From: Octopus sinensis
Lineage: Eukaryota
DNA: 64,000 nt
NCBI RefSeq assembly: GCF_006345805.1
Contig: NC_043021.1
Coordinates: 2,976,001 to 3,040,000 of the forward strand
Direction of reading: 5' to 3'
Part shown: positions 53,905-64,000 of the stretch, one piece after another
How positions within the stretch are numbered: the first letter of the stretch is position 1
Layout of the letters: the number at the start of each line of letters is the position of its first letter
Notes under the pieces: model-generated
The model's input: the letters and a program-made list of their open reading frames with translations, nothing else
The model's database searches: none
Told to the model about the DNA's origin: nothing
Program-made: the position numbers and the translations under genes

Positions 53905-54241
53905 ATTGTAGGATGTGTACATTTGGTCAGGTGACCTGAGAGGGCAGAGGGAAAGGGTGGTCGTGTGGGGGGTAGAAAGAGGGTAAGAGCATGATAGGAA
54001 AAGATGAACAAAAGAAAGGGTGGGTGATGAGATAAAGGGGGTAAGAAGGTGGTTGTTGAGTGTCAGTAAAGGTGGTCCAGTGAAGTGAATTATTGCATGG
54101 TTGGTTGAGTGTATTGAATTGGAGGGGGTTGAGAGTGATCCAGTACAACCTCAAGGGGTCAGTTTGAATGTGAGTGAAGCAAGGAATGAACTGTAGGTAT
54201 GATACTGAATTACTTTTCCTATAATGAAGGAACAAATTCAT
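53905..54241 (-). pseudogene. Possible Penelope-like RT remnant
   Basis: HYRKSNSVSYLQF.PC.THIQT..LRLYWI resembles the PLE pattern YxKPTxxxSYLxFxSxHP....LRLxRIC. Confidence 0.35.
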
Positions 54242-54900
54242 CAGTTGACAAAAGGGTTAATATAAATCTCTAATTGTAATCTGTCTAATCTGGTTTCTCC
54301 TTTCTTCTCTTGTTCTAGTTTTCTCAGATTAATTACCTGTTGCAGGTGAAGGAGTTTTTGAAGATTTTATTTTTTATTGCCACATTTGGATGTTGGTTCT
54401 TCTATCATTTAATCATTTATATAAATTACATACAAGTTCATATATTTCTACATGAATCTATCAAAGTGTGTATATATATATATATATATTGATATAGATA
54501 TCTTTAAATTGTTTCACCTTTCAAGCTGCGGTCATGCTGGGGCACCACCGTTATATGTATTTCTGCATGAACTACATTTTATCTATCTAGTGCTTTCAAA
54601 GTTGTGTGGAATTTGTGGTCCCTTGGTTGAGAAAAATGCTAGAGTTAATGTCAGGAAAGGTGTCTGACTGTCAGAGTAGACCTCAAATAGCATAGTCATC
54701 CAACCCATGGAAGCATGGTAAAATGGATTAAGAATGAATGTATTCTATCAGTGTCTTTTGCTGAAACCACTAAGTTAGGAGGGATGTAAATAAACTAACA
54801 CCAGCTGTCAAGCAATGGGGAGAAGGCATACAAAAAGACACACATACTCATCTCTCTCTCTCTCTTTCATATATGATGGGCTTCCACAGTTTCTGGTACT

Positions 54901-55222
54901 TTTTGGTTATCTCACCCCTATTAAAAAATTGGGTTATCTCCCCCAACTAAAAAAAAAAATTGCTTAACCCTCAATAAAACAAAAGAAAAAAATGAAAAAT
55001 TAATAAACATGATAACTGAAATAATTAAACATCTTATTGAATCTAATAAATTTCTTATAACAAATCATACATACCATGTCTATTGAGGAGGCCAAAAGTG
55101 TGTAGAAGTATTGAATCAAAAGGATCTAACCCTTTTAATCCAATCTCTTGTCACCACATAAAAAATCAACTTTTTAGTGGGGAGATAGCCCAGTTTTTTA
55201 ATGGGGAATGCGATAACCAAAA
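54901..55222. mobile_element. MITE-like element with ~55-bp imperfect TIRs
   Basis: TTGGTTATC...ATTAAAAAATTGGGTTATCTCCCCC..CTAAAAA versus TTTTTAGTGGGGAGATAGCCCAGTTTTTTAAT...GATAACCAA. Confidence 0.6.
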
Positions 55223-55538
55223 AGCACCCAGTTTCTTTCTACCAAGTTAACTTACAAAGCATTGGCTGGTCCAAGGCCATAGCAGAAAACACTGGCCCAA
55301 AGTGCCATATCCTGGGGCTGAACCTGAAACCATGTGGTTGCAAAGTGAGTTTCTTAACCACACTGCCAAGCCTAAAAGTTTTTTTTTTTTTTTAATTTTT
55401 AAATCAAGTACTACTAAATGATAATAATAAATACGCTTTGTTAATGTATTTTTTATGCATGGCCATGTATAAATGCAGCACTGAGAGAACTTGGGTCCTC
55501 ACTAAAGGAAACAAACCCATGGTTGTATTCAAAATTCC

Positions 55539-55940
55539 AGGCGCAGAAGTGGCTGTGTGGTAAGTAGCTTGCTAACCAACCACATGGTTCCGGGTTCAGT
55601 CCCACTGTGTGGCATCTTGGGCAAGTGTCTTCTGCTATAGCCCCGGGCCGACCAAAGCCTTGTGAGTGGATTTGGTAGACGGAAACTGAAAGAAGCCTGT
55701 CGTATATATGTATATATATATGTGTGTGTGTTTGTGTGTCTGTTTGTCCCCCTAGCATTGCTTGACAACCGATGCTGGTGTGTTTATGTCCCCATAACTT
55801 AGCGGTTCGGCAAAAGAGACCGATAGAATAAGTACTGGACTTACAAAGAATAAGTCTCGGGGTCGATTTGCTCGACTAAAGGTGGTGCTCCAGCATGGCC
55901 GCAGTCAAATGACTGAAACAAGTAAAAGAGTAAAGAGAGT
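55539..55940 (+). mobile_element. Family A SINE, full length
   Basis: Near-consensus copy. Confidence 0.9.
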
Positions 55941-56713
55941 ATGTGACCTGAACTTCATTTAAAAAAAAAGAAAAAAAACTATCTTTGTGCATGTGTGTAC
56001 ATGATCTGGAATACTTATAAGCTCTAGGGGTCTTTGGGAATTTTATGATATTGAACTTCATGTAAAGGAAATAAAACAAATAAAATAAACCTTTTGAATT
56101 TGTGATTTTTCTGAAAAACCCTTTCTGTTAAGGTAATAATATAAGAACATGTCTGCTTAGGAAGTGAGCAACAATTGAGGTGGTAGACTGCTACTAACTG
56201 AAAGGTCACAAAGGTGAAATTTTGCTTGTAGGAAAAACTTGTTTATGATTCAGCTTCCTTCAAGTTACTTGATGTCTCTCTCTCTCTCTCTCTCTACTAT
56301 CGCTGCCACCATCACCAAATGTTTGAACTGGTTTTATCTGTTTAAGCCATTAAACTGCAGCCATGCTGAGGCTTTGTCTTGAAAGGTTTAGTCTAGTGGT
56401 TCTCCACCATTTTCATCTATGGACCCCTTTGTTTACCAGATTTCATTCTGGTGATAGCCTTGGATGTTCAAGAATTAAGTTCATAGATACTTCATTCAGT
56501 TTTTTTTTTTTTTTATGTTTGTTTGTTTTGCAAGATTCTTGATGAGAAATGATGTTGAAAGATATTGTTATATTTCTCAAGATTTTTTTTTTCTTTTTTG
56601 CTTCTGAAAATCACACATCTTGTGACCTCTTCAGCAACTCTCCATCCCATGTCTCCTGTTCTGTTTAGAGAATTTGGCAAAAAAAAAAAAGAAAAGAAAA
56701 AGAAAGTTCAATA

Positions 56714-57122
56714 TAGGCGCAGGAGTGGCTGTGTGGTAAGTAGCTTGCTAACCAACCACATGGTTCCGGGTTCAGTCCCACTGCATGGCATCTTGGGCAA
56801 GTGTCTTCTGCTATAGCCCCAGGCCGACCAATGCGTTGTGAGTGGATTTGGTAGACGGAAACTGAAAGAAGCCTGTCGTATACATGTATATATATATATG
56901 TGTATGTGTGTGTGTATGTCTGTGTTTGTCCCCCTAGCATTGCTTGACAACCGATGCTGGTGTGTTTACGTCCCCGTCACTTAGCGGTTCGGCAAAAGAG
57001 ACCGATAGAATAAGTACTGGGCTTACAAAGAATAAGTCCCGGGGTCAATTTGCTCGACTAAAGGCGTATCTCCAGCATGGCCGCAATCAAATGACTGAAA
57101 CGAGTAAAAGAGTAAAGAGAGA
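56714..57122 (+). mobile_element. Family A SINE, full length
   Basis: Near-consensus copy. Confidence 0.9.
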
Positions 57123-57850
57123 GTATAACATCTTTCAAAATTCCCATTGGTCACACATTCACTTGTATGGGTTGAACTATGTCAGATGTGAGAGAAAGAA
57201 ACCTAAGCTGTTACTTGCAAGAAATACATTTAAATATAGACTTTCTGGTTGAGAATCACTGGTTTAGCCTAAGGAATTGGCCCCAGCATTGTTTTTTTTT
57301 TCTTAGCCTGCTATGGACTATTTTTGTCGAACCACTAAGTTACAGAGACATAAACAAACCAACACTGGTGTCAAGTGGTGGTGTGAGACAGGCACATGTG
57401 TGCACACACAAAACTAGCTTCTTTCAGTTTCTGTCTACCTAATTTGGGTCTTTAGAAGACTCATGCTCAATGTGTCACACACTAGGACTGAACTCAGCCC
57501 CCTGTGATTGGTAAGCAAACTTCTTACTACATAACCATGCCTAATGTTAGAAATGAATTTTCATATATTAACTAAATTTATTAATGAACTAGAGATAATT
57601 GAAAAACATACAAGTAAATGCTGAAAAGCTGTCTTAAACCCTTAAGCTTTTAGATTACTCTGTCAAATGTAATACCTATTTATCCACATTGTTTTGAATT
57701 AATCATACGTTATTTGTGACTTTGAGATGTTAATGATGTGATTGTATATTAGCAGAATGACATTGTAGGGTAGGTGCGAGAAGCGAGATCTGACCCGTTT
57801 GAACATGGAACAATTAAATATTTGGGCTGGATATGGCCAGTTTAAATACT

Positions 57851-58184
57851 CTCTCTCTATCCGCTCAGTCGAAGTCGACTCTCGGTCACTCGTTGGATCA
57901 GTGTCCTCCAGTCAGTTCTATCCTGGGCCGCTTCTTTCAGATTGGCTATGTCCATTCCGGTATCACTCTTGATGGTGTCAAGCCAGCGGGTTCTTGGTTG
58001 GCCTCTTCCTCTCTTGCCACTGACCATTCCGAGCATGATGTCCTTCTCCAGGGATTTTCTCTGCATAATATGACCGAAATATGCCGATCTATGCTTGGTG
58101 ATCCTAGCTTCTAGCGGCATTTTCGGCCTGATCTGCTTAAGAACTTCTCCATTGGTGAGCCTCGCTGTCCATGGAATCCGTAAA
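57851..58184 (-). mobile_element. 5'-truncated RTE (BovB-like) LINE inserted into a piggyBac-like MITE
   Basis: Intact frame LRIPWTAR.TN.EVL..I...YFGHIM....LEK.IMLG.V.GKR.RG.PR.RWLD.I; 12-bp TSD AGTTTAAATACT at 57839-57850 and 58185-58196. Confidence 0.92.
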
Positions 58185-58575
58185 AGTTTAAATACTAAAG
58201 GGTTAAAAACAGGAAACAGATGTGAAAACAATAAACATCAGGTGTTAATTGAATTTATCACATTCTCTGGCTTAATGCATCAATTGACATAAGCAATATG
58301 TTGGTCTGGGAAATATTTCTCCTAGATATTTATTTTTGTGAAGAATGGTTCTGAATGTATTTCATTTATTCTGGTGCATCATACCTAATATTTTATACAC
58401 AGACATTGTGAAGAAACGTTTGGTGCACCTTCATACACAAATATCTTTTTCTAATTCAGTAGAGCTGAAAATAGCCTCGAATCTGACTGACATATGGGAA
58501 CAGCATACAATTTGAACAAAGCTGACAGCACTACCATGTGACACATCTAGAAATAAATATAGTGTGTACTAATTA

Positions 58576-58970
58576 TAGGCGCAGGAGTGGCTGTGTGGTA
58601 AGTAGCTTGCTTACCAACCACATAGTTCCGGGTGTCAGTCCCACTGCGTGGCACCTTGGGCAAGTGTCTTCTACTATAGCCTTGGGCCGACCAAAGCCCT
58701 GTGAGTGGATTTGGTAGGCGGAAACTGAAAGAAGCCCGACGTATATATGTATATATATATGAGTGTGTGTGTGTCTGTGTTTGTCCCCCTAGCATTGCTT
58801 GACAACCGATGCTGGTGTGTTTACGTCCCCGTTACTTAGCGGTTCGGCAAAAGAGACCGATAGAATGAGTACTGGGGCTTACAAAGAATAAGTCCCGGGA
58901 TCGAGTTGCTCGATTAAAGGCGGTGCTCCAGCATGGCTGCAGTCAAATGACTGAAACAAGTAAAAGAGTA
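58576..58970 (+). mobile_element. Family A SINE, full length
   Basis: Near-consensus copy. Confidence 0.9.
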
Positions 58971-60005
58971 ATTAATATGTCCTTCCTATGCAAGCTGAGA
59001 GATCTTCAAACTGTACATACTTTACACACTTTGATAGACCTTGTGAAAGCACTCATTACATGCATAGGAACAGTGCAGCTCAAACTCAATGATAATATAA
59101 TAAAACAACATTGTGTAACAAAATTAAAAATTTTTTTTTGTCTTTGGTCAGTATTATTTCCTATTTGCTTCTTTGACCTGGACATCAATGTCTTAAAACT
59201 GACCTATTTTCCATTACATTTCAGACACATTCAGCACTGAGTTGCTGAAGCAGAAATATCATTATAGAAAATATTCTGTTCAATAGCACAGATTTGCTTG
59301 TCAGTTGTTTGAGCATATTCCTTTGTGACTGACAACAGGTGCATCTCTGATCATGAGTACTAGTAGTAGGGGAGCATCATAGCCATGTGTTAAAAGGGAT
59401 TCTTTGGGGTTTGGATAAATATTGTAACAAAAGCAAAGTTTGAAGGAAATATTAGCCATTTTTTAAATACTCCCTAGGGGTGAAGAAATAACAGTTGCTA
59501 CCCAGGGACAAAAATCGTGTTGCACAGGGGCTGAAAATTTTTTTGGGGGGGTGGGATACTTGTTACATTAATCCCAGTGCTCAACTGGTACTTATTTTAT
59601 CGACTTAAAAGAATGAAAGGCAAAGTCAACTTTGGCAGAATTTGAACTCAGAATGTGTAGGTGAACAAAATGCCGTTGAACATTTTGTCCAGCATGCAAA
59701 TGTTTCTACCAGCTCACCTTTTTTCATAATGATTTTAGTAACTTATCTCCTAATTCTAGCTTATCTCATTGTCATAATCTGTTTGTTTCAGTCATTGGAC
59801 TGTGGCTATACGGGAACACTGTCTTGAAGGGGTTTAGTTGAACAAATCAACCCCAGTACTTATTTTTAAGACTGGTACTTATTCTGTTGATCACTTTTGC
59901 CAAGTAACTTAAATTACAGGGATGTAAACAAAGCAATACCAGTTCTCAAACATTGGGGTGGGGGTGGGGGCAAAGGCATACGTAATGTGTGTGTGTGTAT
60001 AAAAG

Positions 60006-60048
<43 letters not shown>

Positions 60049-60941
60049 AGAGAGAGAGAGAGAGAGAGACACATCTATGTGTGTATGCATATGTGTATGA
60101 GGTTTCCTGTTTGCATCACACACACACACACATATAAATATATATATATTATATACACATATATATATATACATATATATATATACATATATATATGTGA
60201 TGGACTTCTAGATTGTTTCTGCTTTCCAAATCGGACGTCCTGTAAAAACTTTTCTCATGTGCAACTTTTGCTTTTTTTTGCAAAAAGTGTGGGGGGGGGT
60301 CCCTTCAGTTTTATCGATTTTTCTCCTAGAAAGGGGTATCTCTAGGCATCAGTAATGTGGTAGTGACCATACCTGGGTAAATTTGCCGTTTAATAAAAAA
60401 AAACTTACTTCATACACATCTGCATGTGTATGTATATTGTGTGGTTAGAAGTTTACTTTCTACAACAGTCGGAGTTGTCTTTTTTTGTTGTTGTTATTGC
60501 TTATAAGGTTGAATAGTTAAAGTTACTTTTTAAACAGTAATTTGATCAAAATAAACGTTCTTCCAGGTACAGATTGAACAAAAGTGTCTGTTCTTCATTC
60601 AGACTATGGTAAACCATCACTGCACTATCAAGGGCTTGCCAGCTCAGTATAGACAATTTTAAGGGAGTTACCTTCTTTAGAGGGTGATAGATAATGCCAC
60701 TGTAATTTATTACACAATAGACTAAGGCAAATAAAGAAATTCCAGTCCTATCTAGCAGCAGTTAAGCTAATCATTGTTAATATTACCTTCTAAAATACTC
60801 AGTTGCTAATGTTGTAAATAGTTAAGTATGGTACATTCTATTTAAATGCTGGTAGCTGACCAACTATCATTTAGGCGACTATCAAAGTACATCAGATGTC
60901 AAACTAGTACACTTGTACATATTTTTCTCCATTTCCTTAAA

Positions 60942-61846
60942 CTTTAGCTTAAATATTAATTGAACACACACAAAAAATTCTTTTCAGATTTAAAAAGTAT
61001 TACCCCTTGCTTTCAAAGAATCCAAAATAGATAAATGAATAAAAAATATATTTAAAAAATAACAAAACAAGCTGATGATTGTAAGAATCAGAAGAACATA
61101 TGGTGAAGCATATCTATGTCCAAATCTTTAAAAGACTGAGCATTGTTCTATCCTTCTGAAATTTCTCCAATGGGTAAGAGGTTCTCCAAACCCTGAGGTA
61201 GCTCAAATTTCAGGTTGTCATTAATAAAACCCATATGACAAACCTTGTTTTGATTCTTTTATAGATTTGGACGGCGGAGGCGCAATGGCCCAGTGGTTAG
61301 GGCAGCGGACTTGTGGTGTAGGATCGCGGTTTCGATTTCCAGACCGGGCGTTGTGAGTGTTTATTGAGCGAAAACACCTAAAGCTCCACGAGGCTCCGGC
61401 AGGGATGGTGGTGATCCCTGCTGTACTCTTTCACCACAACTTTCTCTCACTCTTACTTCCTGTTTCTGTTGTACCTGTATTTCAAAGGGCTGGCCTTGTC
61501 ACTCTCTGTGTCACGCTGAATCTCCCTGAGAACTACGTTAAGGGTGCACGTGTCTTTGGAGTGCTCAGCCACTTGCACGTTAATTTCACGAGCAGGCTGT
61601 TCCGTTGATCGGATCAACCGGAACCCTCATCGTCGTAACCGACGGAGTGCTTCCATAGATTTGGACATAGATATGCTTCACCATATGTTCTTCTGATTCT
61701 TACAATCATCAGCTTGTTTTGTTATTTTTTAAATATTATATTTTTTATTTATTTATCTATTTTGGATTCTTTGAAAGCAAGGGTAATACGTTTTTAAATC
61801 TGAAAAGAATTTTTTTGTGTGTGTTCAATTAATATTTAAGCTAAAG
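60942..61846. mobile_element. Fold-back/MITE with ~185-bp TIRs, interrupted by a family E SINE (61273-61654)
   Basis: 60942-61127 is the reverse complement of ~61657-61846; SINE TSD ATAGATTTGGAC at 61261-61272 and 61655-61666. Confidence 0.85.
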
Positions 61847-62245
61847 CTTTTGGTGAGTGGGTGAAGAAATTTGCTGTTACGCAGCTGAATCCATTTTTCT
61901 GTTTCCTTAAATCCTACCATATGTACCAAGTTAATAGCGAATTATTTCTTTAATAGCATTGTATGTGAATAATTAATTAGGACCATAGCTTATGTTTGTA
62001 ACTGCAAGTAATTATTTAAGCTTAGTTACACTGCATAAATAATTAAGAAAAGAGGGAGAAAAAAAAAACCCTGGTTCTAGTTTCATCTGCTATGTAAGCT
62101 TCAGTGATGCTTTATTCAAGATATGTAGCTTTACCTGATGGTTATAAAAAATAATTTAGAAACCAGAATGTATATTACTTTTCAGTTGTTGCTGTCTCCC
62201 ACTCTCTCCTTCTTTCTGCTCTTCCCTCAGGCTGTGTAACCTATT

Positions 62246-62472
62246 TCTTTACTACCCACAAGGGGTTAAACACAGAAGGGACAAACAAGGACAGACAAAC
62301 GGATTAAGTCGATTACATCGACCCCAGTGCGTAACTGGTACTTAATTTATCGATCCGAAAGGATGAAAGGCAAAGTAGACCTCGGCGGAATTTGAACTCA
62401 GAATGTAACGCCAGACGAAATACGGCTATGCATTTCGCCCGGCGTGCTAACGTTTCTGCCAGCTCGCTGCCT
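62246..62472 (-). mobile_element. Family B SINE, full length
   Basis: Near-consensus copy. Confidence 0.88.
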
Positions 62473-63209
62473 GGGTAACCATGTATCTCCTTTACAGCAG
62501 CAGCATCTGTTTCTGTTCTCATTCTTGATCACTCTCTTTCTCTCGGTCATCTGACGCAAGACCACCTCCTCCAATGCACCCTCCCCACTCAAAGGATCTT
62601 TGTTTTGTAAGTTACTTGGTGACCTTGCCTGTGTTGATGTCACATAAAAAGCATCCAGTCCACACTGAAGTGGTTGGCATTTGGAAGGGTATCCAGCTGT
62701 AAGAGAACCCTGCCAAATCTGTCCTTGACTGTGCTGGTGCCATGTAAAATGTCCATTCTGTGGGGTCGTTGGTGTTAGGAAGGGCATCCAGCCATAAGAA
62801 CCCTTCCAAAACAGACAGAAGTCTGGTGCAGTCTCCTGCCTATGGATGGCAGAATTAAATGATAAATATGAAGATTGGACGACAGCCATGATGAAGCATT
62901 TCCTTGAAGAGCCAAACAACCCAATCCCAGTTTTGTTTTTAAGTCAGATACTTATTCTCTCGGTCCCTTTGGTTGAGCCACTAAGTTTTTAGGGTGTAAA
63001 CAAACCGACAATGGCTGTTATGCAGTTGGTGGGACAAACGTAGACACCCACATACACGTGATGGGCTTCCACACAATTTCACTTACAAGGCCTTGTAAGT
63101 AGACACTTGCCTAAGGGGCTGTGCAGTGGAGACTGAATCCGCAACCACATGAGGTGTGGTATGTGTATGCACACACATACACCTTACTTGAGAACATTAA
63201 AATTATGAT

Positions 63210-63601
63210 ACTCTTACTCTTTTACTTGTTTCAGTCATTTGATTGCGGCCATGCTGGAGCACCGCCTTTAATCAAGCAACTCGACCCCGGGATTTATTCT
63301 TTTATAAGCCCAGTACTTATTCTATCGGTCTCTTTTGCCGAACCGCTAAGTAACGGGGACATAAACACACCAGCATCGGTTGTCAAGCAATGCTAGGGGG
63401 ACAAACACACGCGCATATATATATATATATATATATACGATGGGCTTCTTTCAGTTTCCGTCTACCAAATCCACTCACAAGGCTTTGGTCGGCCCGAGGC
63501 TATAGCAGAAGATACTTGCCCAAGGTGCCACGCAGTGGGACTGAACCCGGAACCATGTGGTTGGTAAACAAGCTACTTACCACACAGCCACTCCTGCGCC
63601 T
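63210..63601 (-). mobile_element. Family A SINE, full length
   Basis: Near-consensus copy. Confidence 0.9.
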
Positions 63602-64000
63602 ATGATGTATACATTATTATGAAATGTATATATAACTGTGTAGTTAAGAAGTTCACTTTGGAACTAGATGTCAGGAGTTCAGTCCTACTGCATAGATAAG
63701 GTTGGCTGGCAGTTTGCAGTTGACTGTGAAAGCATGTCTTGTTATATTGGGCTCTTAGTTAATAAATGGGCCACATTTCATAGAAACATAAGAGTATTTC
63801 CAGTTTTCTGTGCATAATCATGTCCAAGCTGTTCATTGTTTGATAGTGTGTGGGATTACCTTGCTTGGAAACTGGTGAGCGTTGGCTTCAGGAGAGGCAT
63901 TCAGCTGCAGAAACTCTTCTCCAATGTAGTCTTGTCAGATCCATGCAAGCATGGCAATGTAGGCATTAAAATTGTGGTGTGTGTGTGTGTGTGTCCATGT

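Noticed and set aside
58980-59100. YACNECFHK on the minus strand as a C2H2 zinc finger
   Set aside because: No His pair and a stop follows immediately.

Overview
Repeat-dominated eukaryotic DNA, most likely from an octopus or related coleoid cephalopod. This is an inference from the tRNA-derived CORE-like and Nin-like SINEs, the (GAT)n-tailed SINE and the very high microsatellite density. I recognise no host protein-coding gene with confidence, and almost all ORFs in the supplied track are microsatellite or SINE read-throughs. What the sequence supports: (1) at least four SINE families, many with target-site duplications (TSDs); (2) decayed LINE fragments of RTE, RTE-X, HERO, R4/Dong-like and Penelope-like (PLE) type; (3) Tc1/mariner remnants (one DD34D mariner, two maT-like); (4) several MITEs and fold-back elements, including TTAA-flanked piggyBac-like ones; (5) a Helitron-like element; (6) a 2.1-kb 28-bp minisatellite amplified from inside a SINE. 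The most interesting signals are minimal hammerhead-ribozyme-like motifs in Penelope-type ends, a hammerhead-like core in non-canonical order in a HERO 3' UTR, headless tandem multimers of the Nin-like SINE, and a sharp CpG-rich domain (~35.4-47 kb) between CpG-depleted flanks that may mark promoters of genes whose small exons can only be guessed. All translations and alignments were done by eye and many coordinates are approximate to a few bases.
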